Made by a program: the position numbers and the translations under genes. 53,201 bases of DNA. Origin: an uncultured Candidatus Saccharibacteria bacterium (GTDB lineage: Bacteria; Patescibacteriota; Minisyncoccia; Phycocordibacterales; UBA1006). A model generated the notes under the pieces. It ran no database searches. It worked only from the letters and a program-made list of their open reading frames with translations, and was not told the origin of the DNA. Below are positions 25,200-34,739 of this stretch, piece by piece (within the stretch, counting starts at the first letter, position 1; the number at the start of each line of letters is the position of its first letter). The stretch spans positions 1 through 53,201 of the forward strand of contig CAYQCC010000007.1 in assembly GCA_964415895.1 (NCBI GenBank), in the 5' to 3' direction.

Positions 25200-25898
25200 A
25201 TGAATAAACAAAGCACAATTATCATTTCACTACTCGTAATATTAATAGCGCTCGTTGGATATGTTGCGTTTAAGCCAAAAGAGGTTATGAATAATTCGAG
25301 TGTCGTAATTCCAAGTAATGATGTAGTATTGGACAATAATAGCATTTCTGCAGAACCTATAAAAACGACGCCAACTAAACCTATGTCTGTTCCAACGGGC
25401 TGGAAAGCGTTTACCAGTTCTAATAATGATTTTAGCATTCAGTATCCAACGACATACTTGGCAGAAGAAAGTAATAATGGTGGATATTATAACGAGGTTA
25501 ATCTTCATAATCTGAGTATTCGATTTCCTATAGGTTATCAAAAGGGGACAGATTTTAATGTTGGATTTATTTCAGTCAGTGTTAGTCCAACAACAAATAA
25601 ATGTTATGCTTCTGGCGGACAGGACCAAGACATGACAGCAACAAAAACAATTGGCAGTACTGTATTTCACTATAATCCATCACAACCGACTGATGATAGT
25701 GCGATGGGCGGACAACGAGGAAAGGCATGGTTGTATTCCACTATTCAAAACGGTAAATGTTATCGCATTGAAAAAACAATCGGATATAGAGACGTACATG
25801 GATACGTTGATGAGCCATATAATTATCCAGCGCATTATGACGAAGCAAAGGCAAGTGCAGATTTGGATGCTGTTATTGCAACGCTTGTATTGAAATAG
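25200..25898 (+). CDS. Hypothetical membrane-anchored extracellular protein
   Basis: N-terminal TM; W..F...FSIQYP motif. Confidence 0.7.
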   Translation: MNKQSTIIISLLVILIALVGYVAFKPKEVMNNSSVVIPSNDVVLDNNSISAEPIKTTPTKPMSVPTGWKAFTSSNNDFSIQYPTTYLAEESNNGGYYNEVNLHNLSIRFPIGYQKGTDFNVGFISVSVSPTTNKCYASGGQDQDMTATKTIGSTVFHYNPSQPTDDSAMGGQRGKAWLYSTIQNGKCYRIEKTIGYRDVHGYVDEPYNYPAHYDEAKASADLDAVIATLVLK

Positions 25899-25937
25899 AT
25901 ATATAAAAAACCCTTATTTCCAAGGGTTTTTTATATA

Positions 25938-25966
25938 TTGACATCATCATACATATATGCTATAAT
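25938..25966 (+). promoter_or_regulatory. Consensus sigma70 promoter
   Basis: TTGACA-17 nt-TATAAT with TG extension. Confidence 0.8.
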
Positions 25967-26009
25967 AGATATATTCAGTACATTGTTAAAACATTTAAAA
26001 TAAAACAAC

Positions 26010-26441
26010 ATGAAAAAGCTATTTTTTATTACCGCTATTGCCTTACTTACTTTCGGACACTCTTACGCTGAAGCATCAAAAGATGTTAAAGAATTAAAAG
26101 TGCAAATGAGTAATGGATTTTTAAGAGAATATTCTACTTCAGAAGTAGTAACAAACTATTCCATCGAAACCTCAACTTCTAAATTATCTGGTGATTTTAC
26201 TAAATATTCCTATACAACTGGAATAGATACAATTCTAACAAATTCTGCAACTTATCAATATTTTGCAGGAAAAAAAGATTGTGTAATCATTTCGGTAATA
26301 GAAAGCGGTATTGCTAAAGTATATGTAGATATCAATGCTGATGGAATTTTAGATGAATTCATTAGTGGCGGTAAAAAATACACTGGAAACGCGTATCAAA
26401 AAGGATACGAAACGTTTTTAGATTTTGCGCTTCATGGATAA
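26010..26441 (+). CDS. Hypothetical secreted protein
   Basis: Signal peptide MKKLFF...SYA; own promoter and downstream hairpin. Confidence 0.7.
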   Translation: MKKLFFITAIALLTFGHSYAEASKDVKELKVQMSNGFLREYSTSEVVTNYSIETSTSKLSGDFTKYSYTTGIDTILTNSATYQYFAGKKDCVIISVIESGIAKVYVDINADGILDEFISGGKKYTGNAYQKGYETFLDFALHG

Positions 26442-26589
26442 TATTATCTTCTTTTGAAAGATAGAAATGCGTCTGCTAATTAAAGCAGACGCATTTTTGT
26501 TTTTAAGAGGTTGTTGTTTTTAAATAGTTGACAATCTGCCCATCAGAATTCGTAGTTCTTTACTTTCACATTAATGGTATACTGTTAAC

Positions 26590-26901
26590 ATGAAACCATT
26601 CATAAAAAACTCACTGATTATTGTAGGGCTTATTGTTGTAATTGTGTTACTTGCTCGATTTGTTTTCTTTAAAAAACATTTCGAAGAATTGAGTGCAAAA
26701 TTTGATAGTATGCAGCAATGGCAAGATGATTATCGAAAAAATAATCCAACTGCAACAAAAGAACAAGAAGATGCAGCGTTCAAAGCGGGAATTGCAAATA
26801 TTGAGGTTTGGCAGGCAGAGTTCAAGAAAGATCATCCAGATGCAACAAAGGCCGAAATGGATGCGGCATTTAATGCCATGTTCAAAAAGGAAGATAAATA
26901 A
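26590..26901 (+). CDS. Small membrane-anchored protein with a two-copy internal repeat
   Basis: WQDDYRKNNPTATKEQEDAAF / WQAEFKKDHPDATKAEMDAAF. Confidence 0.7.
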   Translation: MKPFIKNSLIIVGLIVVIVLLARFVFFKKHFEELSAKFDSMQQWQDDYRKNNPTATKEQEDAAFKAGIANIEVWQAEFKKDHPDATKAEMDAAFNAMFKKEDK

Positions 26902-26974
26902 TAGTAGCTTGCTGATTTCTTATAATCAGGTATACTCCCATTATCTAACGAATTATTAATAATCATTATACTTT

Positions 26975-27106
26975 ATGGCAAAACGAGGAACAACATTGGC
27001 GCAGCACGTGAAATCAAAAAATTCACCAAAGACCAAAAAACGACTTGCAGTTAAATTTGCAGCAATCGAAGCAAAAGCAAAGAAAGGAATCTTCAAGAAG
27101 AAATAA
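26975..27106 (+). CDS. 43-aa Lys/Ala-rich basic protein (not in the ORF track)
   Basis: MAKRGTTLAQHVKSKNSPKTKKRLAVKFAAIEAKAKKGIFKKK*, followed directly by terminator AAAACCGCAGGATATGCGGTTTT. Confidence 0.6.
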   Translation: MAKRGTTLAQHVKSKNSPKTKKRLAVKFAAIEAKAKKGIFKKK

Positions 27107-27260
27107 AACCGCAGGATATGCGGTTTTATTTGACTTTTAGCAGATACATATATAATATGTGACTTAATATAATTCCTATTTATCATGATAGGTGGTCAGA
27201 AATGATACCAGAGGAAGACTTCACCTCTTATTACATTGAAGTTGTTCTTAATTAAATAAT

Positions 27261-27827
27261 ATGAACACAATTAATTATTTTCAGGGAGAATATCGATTTC
27301 TCTCAAATTTTTACCCATTCCATTTGGTATTTTGGGGAATCCATTATTCAACAATTGAACATGCTTATCAGGCAGCAAAAAGCAGTAGTTCTTTCGTTAA
27401 ACAGGCAATTGCAAACTGCCAAACACCTGGAAAGGCAAAAGCTTATTTTAAAGACCAAAACATGGAACCAAGCCATCATTGGAATCTTGACTACAAGCTT
27501 ATAACTATGGAAGAACTGCTGCGATTAAAATTCAGCGGTTCTGAGCCGTTAATGTTGCAGGCGCTACTTAAGACTGGCGAAGCCGAACTTATCGAAGGTA
27601 ATGACCATGATGATACGTTTTGGGGTGTTTATAACGGTGTTGGTGAAAATCATTTAGGAAAGCTCTTAATGAAAATCAGAGCTGACCTAAAAGAAGAAAA
27701 GTTAAAGATTGAAGAACTGTTACTGCTGCATGAAGGAAGTAAAAAAACTACAGCAAAAGAACTTGGTATTGATCAACGTCAATTGTATGAAAAAATCGTA
27801 GCGTACGAAATTGTTCACAAAAAGTAA
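27261..27827 (+). CDS. NADAR (YbiA-like) protein with C-terminal Fis-type HTH
   Basis: FLSNFY, TIEHAYQA, LLKTGEAELIEGN..DTFWGV..GENHLGKLLMKIR; tail KKTTAKELGIDQRQLYEKI. Confidence 0.85.
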   Translation: MNTINYFQGEYRFLSNFYPFHLVFWGIHYSTIEHAYQAAKSSSSFVKQAIANCQTPGKAKAYFKDQNMEPSHHWNLDYKLITMEELLRLKFSGSEPLMLQALLKTGEAELIEGNDHDDTFWGVYNGVGENHLGKLLMKIRADLKEEKLKIEELLLLHEGSKKTTAKELGIDQRQLYEKIVAYEIVHKK

Positions 27828-27943
27828 AACCGTTTATTACGGAAAAAGAGTCTGTTTTTGCAGACTCTTTTTATTTTATAGATTTTTTAATTTACCACAC
27901 TGCTTCTTTTGAAGGACTTGTTTTTTCTGTTATAATTACCTAT

Positions 27944-28432
27944 ATGCAAAAAATAACACCCAATTTTTGGTTCGATAAAGATGCAGAAGAAGCCGTAAAT
28001 CTGTATGTTTCATTATTCCCAAATTCATCAATCGGAACTATGTCTCGATTTGGAAAGGAAGGATTCGAATTTCATCATATGCCAGAAGGAACCGTGATGA
28101 CGGTTGATTTTGAATTGAATGGACAGAAATTTCTTGCACTGAATGGTGGTCCGATCTTCCAATTTACTGAAGCGGTTTCATTTATCATTGACTGCAAAGA
28201 CCAAGCGGAAGTTGATCACTATTGGAACGGATTAACTGCAAACGGTGGACAGGAATCGCAGTGCGGTTGGTGTAAGGACAAGTTCGGACTGTCATGGCAG
28301 GTTGTTCCACGACAGTTTGGTGAATTGATGAAGAGCGGAACACCAGAACAAGCATCTCGCGTAATGAACGCAATGTTCCAGATGAAGAAATTTGATATAA
28401 CGAAGCTACAAGCCGCGTACGATGGTGAATAG
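27944..28432 (+). CDS. VOC/PhnB-like protein (3-demethylubiquinone-9 methyltransferase family)
   Basis: QKITPNFWF, LNGGP, CGWCKDKFGLSWQVVP motifs. Confidence 0.9.
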   Translation: MQKITPNFWFDKDAEEAVNLYVSLFPNSSIGTMSRFGKEGFEFHHMPEGTVMTVDFELNGQKFLALNGGPIFQFTEAVSFIIDCKDQAEVDHYWNGLTANGGQESQCGWCKDKFGLSWQVVPRQFGELMKSGTPEQASRVMNAMFQMKKFDITKLQAAYDGE

Positions 28433-28539
28433 GTTTTAAAGCACTCTTTACGGGTGCTTTATTATTACTTGACTATTTATATAATTTACGTTACTATATT
28501 AATATATCTCATCGCTAACGATAAGACGCTCAATTATTT

Positions 28540-29169
28540 ATGGAAAGTTCAAGAAAAGGAGGATTTGGAAAAGGTGGTAATGGTGGAGGATTCCGAAAGT
28601 CAGGTGGATTTAGTGATCGAAAATCATTTTCAAAGCCATCATTCGGTGGTGATTACAACAAAAAACCTTGGGACAAAGGTGGAAAAAGCTTCAATAATGA
28701 TGACCGAGAAATGTTTTCAGCAACATGTAGTGGATGTGGTAAATCATGCCAAGTTCCATTTCGTCCATCATCTGGAAAGCCAGTATTCTGCGATGATTGT
28801 TTTGCAAAACAGCGTAATGACGGTCCAGCACGTGGAGATTCACGACCATCATATAACGACCGAGGTGATCGTAGTGCTCGACCTGTACCATCAGTTTCGT
28901 CTGCAAATAACGACGCACTATCTCGACAGATTCAAACTATCTCAGGAAAATTGGATACATTAATTGATTTGATGTCTAAACAATCACAACCTGCAAAGCA
29001 AACATCTACACCTGTTGTAGTTGCTGCTAAAAAGGAGACTGCACCAAACGTTGAACTAAAAGCTGCTGTTAAAAAAGCGGTAAAAGTTGCAAAAACTGTA
29101 CCAACTGCAAAAGCTCCAGCTAAAAAAGTTGTTGCAAAGAAAGTTGCAAAAACTGCAAAGAAGAAATAA
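28540..29169 (+). CDS. CxxC-x17-CxxC domain protein with Gly-rich N-terminus and Lys/Ala-rich tail
   Basis: MFSATCSGCG..CQVPFRP..GKPVFCDDCF; tail AKKVVAKKVAKTAKKK. Confidence 0.85.
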   Translation: MESSRKGGFGKGGNGGGFRKSGGFSDRKSFSKPSFGGDYNKKPWDKGGKSFNNDDREMFSATCSGCGKSCQVPFRPSSGKPVFCDDCFAKQRNDGPARGDSRPSYNDRGDRSARPVPSVSSANNDALSRQIQTISGKLDTLIDLMSKQSQPAKQTSTPVVVAAKKETAPNVELKAAVKKAVKVAKTVPTAKAPAKKVVAKKVAKTAKKK

Positions 29170-29238
29170 TTTCTTACCAAGAATACTCGCAAAGTCGGGT
29201 ATTTTTGTTATAATCAAACATATTATTAATTAAGCGTT

Positions 29239-29331
29239 TATTTCCTTAAAAACCTCTTTCCAATATTCTGCGTAACGCAAGCGCCCCAAGGGTTTCACCT
29301 CGAATATCTCCAAGAGGTTTTTAAGGAAATA
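29239..29331. repeat. Perfect 20-bp inverted repeat enclosing a branched structure
   Basis: 29239-29258 pairs with 29312-29331; ends 8 nt before the DUF305 ATG. Confidence 0.85.
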
Positions 29332-29339
29332 TCATCTAC

Positions 29340-29999
29340 ATGAAGAAAAACATTTTAATTGGCTTATTGTTGTTAGGAACAGGGTTGTTGGGCGGATGGT
29401 TGATTTGGGGGATGTCTTCTCAGAAGGCTATTGGGATGCATCAAATGCCGGATGGAAGTATGATGAGTAATAATGGATCAAATATGCAAACAATGATGCA
29501 CGATATGAATGCAGCGCTTAGTGGAAAAACAGGCGATGAATTTGATAAGACATTTTTATCTGAAATGATAATTCATCATGAAGGTGCAGTGGAAATGGCG
29601 CAAGCAGTGCTGAAAAATTCAAAACGAGCAGAGTTAATTAAACTAGCAAACGATATTATTTCTGCACAATCGATAGAAATCAATATGATGAAGAATTGGC
29701 AATTTGCATGGTTTAAGAAAACGAGTAATAAAGGATCTTTACCTAACGACTCTTCTGTAGACGCAAAAACTGGTTTAAGATATCCAAGCGGTTTCACTAC
29801 TGATTATTCTAATAAGGATATGGTAGTCAGATATGTCAAAGGAGCTGAATTTATAGACATAGCCGAGAAGCTCGATAATGACCCAACATGTAAAAAGTTT
29901 TTCGAAGGAGAAGAGGCTTTTGGTTTCTGTGTGAAGGGTTATCATGGCGAAGCATCTAACGATGTCTTGGCAGACTTATTTATTAATCTTAACAAATAA
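29340..29999 (+). CDS. DUF305 (ferritin-like, CopM-like) protein
   Basis: Met/His-rich segment; FDKTFLSEMIIHHEGAVEMA..LANDIISAQSIEI..M..W. Confidence 0.85.
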   Translation: MKKNILIGLLLLGTGLLGGWLIWGMSSQKAIGMHQMPDGSMMSNNGSNMQTMMHDMNAALSGKTGDEFDKTFLSEMIIHHEGAVEMAQAVLKNSKRAELIKLANDIISAQSIEINMMKNWQFAWFKKTSNKGSLPNDSSVDAKTGLRYPSGFTTDYSNKDMVVRYVKGAEFIDIAEKLDNDPTCKKFFEGEEAFGFCVKGYHGEASNDVLADLFINLNK

Positions 30000-30004
30000 T
30001 AGTT

Positions 30005-30364
30005 ATGAAAAAAGACAAAGTAATTTACTGGGTAAGTACCATTGCTTTAGCGTTGTTTATCTTGCCAGGAATTTTTTACATTAACAGTGCAATGGCGATC
30101 GAAGGCGTTCGACATCTTGGACTTCCTGAATGGTTCCGCTACGAAACAAGTATTGGAACATTTATTGGTGGGCTGTTATTGATCCTCCCCGTTGGAAAGC
30201 GGTTAAAAGAATGGAACTATGTAGCCCTTGGAATTGTGTATATTTCTGCTTTAATTGCTCATTTGTCAGTAGATGGGTTTGTATTAATGTCATTTGCGCC
30301 TGTGGTTACATTCGTAACCCTATTGATTTCATATATTTACTATCACCGAATTCATCGGAGCTAG
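30005..30364 (+). CDS. DoxX-like membrane protein
   Basis: HLGLPEWF, RLKEWNY..G and AH..VDG motifs. Confidence 0.8.
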   Translation: MKKDKVIYWVSTIALALFILPGIFYINSAMAIEGVRHLGLPEWFRYETSIGTFIGGLLLILPVGKRLKEWNYVALGIVYISALIAHLSVDGFVLMSFAPVVTFVTLLISYIYYHRIHRS

Positions 30365-30472
30365 TAGTAAAAAACCAAGGAATTTTCTTGGTTTTTTACT
30401 TGCACACTGCGTAATTATGTGGTAAGGTTTGTTTTTAGTTCTTTAAATAACCTTTTAAAATTTTAACAAAAA

Positions 30473-30700
30473 ATGGCAAAGAAAACCTCTGGTTTTGTTC
30501 CAAAACAGACCACAACCAACACAAGCGCAGCGAATGCTGGCAACAGAAACGGACAACCTATTAAGCCGAGAGACCGTGGAATCGATATTCTACTAGAAGC
30601 TAAGTTTGATCCAAAAGAAATTGACTCTGGAATTCTGAGTAAGAAATATGATTCAGATCCAGATCATAATAAGCTCTACAGGCCAGACACCGTTTCGTAA
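30473..30700 (+). CDS. Small hypothetical protein
   Basis: 75-aa ORF in its own intergenic space, flanked by hairpins. Confidence 0.5.
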   Translation: MAKKTSGFVPKQTTTNTSAANAGNRNGQPIKPRDRGIDILLEAKFDPKEIDSGILSKKYDSDPDHNKLYRPDTVS

Positions 30701-30785
30701 AAAAACATTTAAACATGTTAAACCTTTTATGGGCTGCGATGATTCGCAGCTTTTTGTTTTCCTGTATTCTGATATACTTCACATT

Positions 30786-32009
30786 ATGTTTAAATCTATG
30801 TCTCGTGATCAGCGTGTAATGATAATTGTGCTGACTCTTATTAATTTTTTGAATTACCTGGACCGTCAGGTGATTTTTCCATTGTTTGCACATTTAAAAT
30901 TGGAGTTTGGACTAACGGATTTTCACCTTGGAGTGCTAGGAACCGTATTTTTATTAGTTCAATCACTGGCAACATTTCCCATGGGATTATTGGCTGATAA
31001 GTTAAGTCGAAAGGTTATTATTGCAGCAGGTGTTGCTGTATGGAGCGTTGCTTCATTTGGATCAGGATTAGTAAATAGTTTTAAAGGGTTGCTCGGTATG
31101 CGCGCAGTTGTAGGTGTGGGCGAGGCAACCTACGCGCCAGCAGCAGTAGCGATGATTACGGATAATTTTCCAGACAAGTATAATGCGCGCATCCAAGGAA
31201 TTTTTAATGTTGGAATGTTGATTGGTGGAACATCTGGTGCGATCATTGGAGGATTGGTAGCGTTTTATTTTAATAATTGGCGTTTGGCATTCTTTATCGT
31301 ATCCATTCCTGGTGTTATTTTGGCATTTCTTGCTTTGAAATTAAAAGATAAACGAGTTGTTCATAACGAACCAGTTCTTCCGTTAAAATCATTAATTAAA
31401 AATCCGGCCTATATCTGGATTATTATCAGTGGAACATTGATTTCATTTGCGTCAGGTGCGTTTATCACGTGGGGAATTGAGTTTATTAGTCGGTACAAGA
31501 ATTACAATGTACGAGATGCATCATTAATTTTGGGTGTTGGTATGATGATCTCGAGTGTCATTGGTGTATTAATTGGCTCCTATGTTGCTGACTGGCTACA
31601 TAAAAAATATGCATGGGGTCGCAGTGTTGTTGTTGCAGTATCGCTGTTAATTTCTGCGCCATTGATGTATTTTGGACTTGCTGATACAAATGCGTTTATG
31701 TTTTTGGTATTCTTTTTCTCGGGGGCCATCTTTCTATCTGTATATTTAGGGCCTGTTACGGCAGTGCTTCATGATGTGGTTCCTAAACAATTTCGAGCGT
31801 CTGCGTTTGCGTTGTATGTGTTATTTATTCACCTTGTCGGCGAGGCGTTCGCACCAGCCATTATTGGTGTGATTTCAGATAAATATAGTTTGCGAACAGG
31901 TCTTGAATTTGCAACATTCTTTGTATTTTTGGCAGGACTTGCTTTTATTCCAGTTGCAAAGATTGTGGCAAAACATCATTCACATATTGTTCAAGCTGAG
32001 TCAGTCTAA
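30786..32009 (+). CDS. MFS transporter (spinster-like)
   Basis: INFLNYLDRQ, G.LADK.SRK and RAVVGVGEA motifs; start moved to ATG 30786. Confidence 0.9.
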   Translation: MFKSMSRDQRVMIIVLTLINFLNYLDRQVIFPLFAHLKLEFGLTDFHLGVLGTVFLLVQSLATFPMGLLADKLSRKVIIAAGVAVWSVASFGSGLVNSFKGLLGMRAVVGVGEATYAPAAVAMITDNFPDKYNARIQGIFNVGMLIGGTSGAIIGGLVAFYFNNWRLAFFIVSIPGVILAFLALKLKDKRVVHNEPVLPLKSLIKNPAYIWIIISGTLISFASGAFITWGIEFISRYKNYNVRDASLILGVGMMISSVIGVLIGSYVADWLHKKYAWGRSVVVAVSLLISAPLMYFGLADTNAFMFLVFFFSGAIFLSVYLGPVTAVLHDVVPKQFRASAFALYVLFIHLVGEAFAPAIIGVISDKYSLRTGLEFATFFVFLAGLAFIPVAKIVAKHHSHIVQAESV

Positions 32010-32029
32010 TAGTAATAAAAAATCCATCG

Positions 32030-32632
32030 TTATGCGATGGATTTTTTATGGTCGTGTTTCATATGAAAGAACTCGTCTGCCAAGTGGTGAATAATATCAC
32101 CAAGAAATATAAATATAGTCATGGCAATGTATCCGTTGAGCGATGAATATTGACTCACATGCGAACTTGCGAATGTTCCAATATACATAGCAATCAACCA
32201 TACGCCGGTTACTGCCAATACTGACATGATGACCTTGTGGTAATGCTTGCCAAACGGCGCAAGCATGCCCCAAATGACGACGTACAGCGCAGGTTGACGA
32301 ATCAATTCATGAGAATAGATAGCAATCGTTCGATACCCTGTGGAAAAGCTCGCCGATAGGATTCCATCGAATAATGAATGAATGAAATTTAATATAACAA
32401 ACAATCCAAGGGTCATCCAAATACCATATTTCTTCGAATGCGTTCCGCAGGTAATCTTTCCAAAATAATATCCTGCAATCAGGTAAATAGGAATGATCCA
32501 AATGTGAGTGAATTCTCCTCGCATATGGAATAACAACATTCCAAATACAATTGTAATCAGTCCGGTTTTTGCTCCAAACCAAATCCTTTCTTTTTTAAGT
32601 GTGGTGCCCGTTTTCATAGTGATATGTGTCAC
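32030..32632 (-). CDS. Membrane protein, ZIP zinc-transporter-like
   Basis: TM helices containing HSLFDG and HELIRQ, resembling ZIP TM4/TM5; His-rich C-terminus. Confidence 0.5.
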   Translation of the reverse strand: MTHITMKTGTTLKKERIWFGAKTGLITIVFGMLLFHMRGEFTHIWIIPIYLIAGYYFGKITCGTHSKKYGIWMTLGLFVILNFIHSLFDGILSASFSTGYRTIAIYSHELIRQPALYVVIWGMLAPFGKHYHKVIMSVLAVTGVWLIAMYIGTFASSHVSQYSSLNGYIAMTIFIFLGDIIHHLADEFFHMKHDHKKSIA

Positions 32633-32682
32633 TATAGCATATAAATCTACGGTCAGTCACAAAATACGGTATACTACGTAAT

Positions 32683-33240
32683 ATGATAATGAATAGGTTG
32701 AACAATCTTTTCGAGCTTTTTGAAGACCACTGCGAACCTGATTCATTTGAACAGTTGTACAGCGAATACTTCACGCCGATCTATCGCTATGTGTTCACGC
32801 GCCTGCATGACAAGGATCTTTCCATGGATATTGTCCAAACAGTATTTATGAAAGCATTTGAACATCGTTCTACTATTAGGTATGCGGAAGGTCTGCGTTA
32901 TTTATATACTATTGCACGAAACCAAGTTATTGATCATTTACGTAAGAAACATGCAATCAGTATGAATGATTTCGATGAATTTATTGAGCACGTTGCCGAT
33001 AGTTCGATTATTCAACCAGAATATTCTGCAATTTCAGGTGATAATGTACAACTGGTTCAGGAACTACTTATGCATTTATCCGAATCACAACGTGAGGCAA
33101 TCACAATGCATTATATTCAGGAATTAGATTATGCGGAAATGGCGTTAATCACAGGGAAATCAGAAAACACATTGCGTCAATCGGTCTCACGTGGTCTGCG
33201 CGCACTTTCGGAGTATTATCAAACATATTATGACAAATAA
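32683..33240 (+). CDS. ECF RNA polymerase sigma factor
   Basis: Region 2 (DIVQTVFMKAF, LYTIARNQVIDH) and region 4 (LSESQREAI..YAEMA..RGLRAL). Confidence 0.9.
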   Translation: MIMNRLNNLFELFEDHCEPDSFEQLYSEYFTPIYRYVFTRLHDKDLSMDIVQTVFMKAFEHRSTIRYAEGLRYLYTIARNQVIDHLRKKHAISMNDFDEFIEHVADSSIIQPEYSAISGDNVQLVQELLMHLSESQREAITMHYIQELDYAEMALITGKSENTLRQSVSRGLRALSEYYQTYYDK

Positions 33241-33706
33241 AAAAATCACAATCGAAAGATTACTAAGCCAATCTCGCGACAGAGTCGAGATTCCTTCGCG
33301 TACTGAATTTAGTTCGTTAATGAACAATGTCACACATGAATCAATTAACCGTAATACACCACAGAAGGGAATAAAATCACCCTTTATAATCATTATGAAT
33401 ATCACAAAAAATAAACTCGTGCTGGCTGGTTCAGTCGCACTCCTTGCTATTATCGTTATTATTCCTACTGTGCGCCATCAACGTATAGTAGCAACACCTA
33501 TGCAGAATGTTGGACAAGAGGCATTTATGCCGACCGATGAACAGTCTGTTGCTGTCATACAGGAATCAAAAGGTGCTGTTAGTGAAGATATCGTTGCGGA
33601 TATTATGAAAGAATTTAACGAGGAAGATGCCGTAACGCAGCAGGAACTTGCTGATGATGGATATATTGAAAGCGATTACGAGGTAGATAGTGCGATTAAC
33701 GGTTAA
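33230..33706 (+). CDS. Putative anti-sigma-like single-pass membrane protein
   Basis: Overlaps the sigma stop; short cytoplasmic N-terminus, TM helix, acidic C-terminus. Confidence 0.6.
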   Translation: MTNKKITIERLLSQSRDRVEIPSRTEFSSLMNNVTHESINRNTPQKGIKSPFIIIMNITKNKLVLAGSVALLAIIVIIPTVRHQRIVATPMQNVGQEAFMPTDEQSVAVIQESKGAVSEDIVADIMKEFNEEDAVTQQELADDGYIESDYEVDSAING

Positions 33707-33718
33707 TAATATAATTAT

Positions 33719-34495
33719 ATGAATACAACATTTTATAAAAAGTTAGGAATGATCGCATTATTGGGGGCAATTATAGTTCCTCAATTTACATTTGCAGCAG
33801 GACCATTAGCAGAACGACGTGCAGCTAATGTAAATGCAGACAAGGGAAGTGCGGCACAATTTTGTACCAATCTTTCCACACGTGCTGATGGATGGGCAAC
33901 AAAAATAGATGCAAAGACTGCCAAAGTGGATATTAATCGAAATGAACAAATAAACAAAAAAGCAGAAAATCGTGCCGATCGTGATGCGCGATTAGACCAG
34001 CACCGAGATGGTTGGGACAATAACCGTAGTGCGCGATTCGCAAAATTGGAGGCAAAAGCTACAACCGATGCTCAAAAGGCAGCTGTAGCCGAGTTTAAAG
34101 CTACTGTGACAGCTGGAATTACAGCTCGACGTACAGCAATTGATTCTGCAATTGCAGCATTCCGTTCAGGAGTTGATGCACTTAATACGTCTAATAAAAC
34201 TGCAATCGATTTAGCGATTACAAACTTTAAAACTGCTTATCAGGCAGCGTTAACAAAGGCAACTGCAGATTGTGCGGCTAAAGTTGACCCAAAAACAGTA
34301 AAAGCAACATTCGAGGCATCAGTTAAAGCTGCGTCTGATACATTTAAGGCTGCAAAAGACGCAATTATCAAAAAATCAGCCGTTGAAGCACTTGCTGCGA
34401 CACGACGCACCGCGGTGAATAAAGCAATCAGTGATTTTAAGGTGGTATTACAAGCGGCTCAGCAAAAATTACAGCTAGCGTTCCCTAAAAAATAA
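33719..34495 (+). CDS. Secreted Ala/Lys-rich coiled-coil protein
   Basis: Signal peptide, two Cys, long helical heptads. Confidence 0.7.
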   Translation: MNTTFYKKLGMIALLGAIIVPQFTFAAGPLAERRAANVNADKGSAAQFCTNLSTRADGWATKIDAKTAKVDINRNEQINKKAENRADRDARLDQHRDGWDNNRSARFAKLEAKATTDAQKAAVAEFKATVTAGITARRTAIDSAIAAFRSGVDALNTSNKTAIDLAITNFKTAYQAALTKATADCAAKVDPKTVKATFEASVKAASDTFKAAKDAIIKKSAVEALAATRRTAVNKAISDFKVVLQAAQQKLQLAFPKK

Positions 34496-34710
34496 CAAAT
34501 GACTTTTTTAATACTCAAAAACCATCCAATTTGGATGGTTTTTGAGTTGAAAATTACTCGGAAATCAGGAATTTTCAAAAATTGGTTTTGTGTCTGTGAA
34601 TCCGAAAAACCGCTCACATTTTCAGGTTGTGACACTAAATTTCGATCTCTTCAGAGCCTTATAAAATAAGGATATTTCTGGATATTACGCCATTACACCA
34701 CGAAAATAGC

Positions 34711-34739
34711 TTGACAGCAAGACCTAGACATGCTATCAT
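34711..34739 (+). promoter_or_regulatory. sigma70 promoter
   Basis: TTGACA-17 nt-TATCAT with TG extension. Confidence 0.7.

Noticed and set aside
26956-27186. 76-aa minus-strand ORF
   Set aside because: Antisense shadow of the 43-aa basic gene; it runs across a terminator.
28454-28963. 169-aa ORF overlapping the CxxC-x17-CxxC gene on the same strand
   Set aside because: Off-frame shadow with no recognisable motif; the other frame has a clear domain.
30648-30785. N-terminal extensions in the ORF track (MFS; likewise 1328, 1928, 33191, 34711, 36286, 52262)
   Set aside because: They cross upstream genes, promoters or hairpins; downstream ATGs match the expected domain starts.
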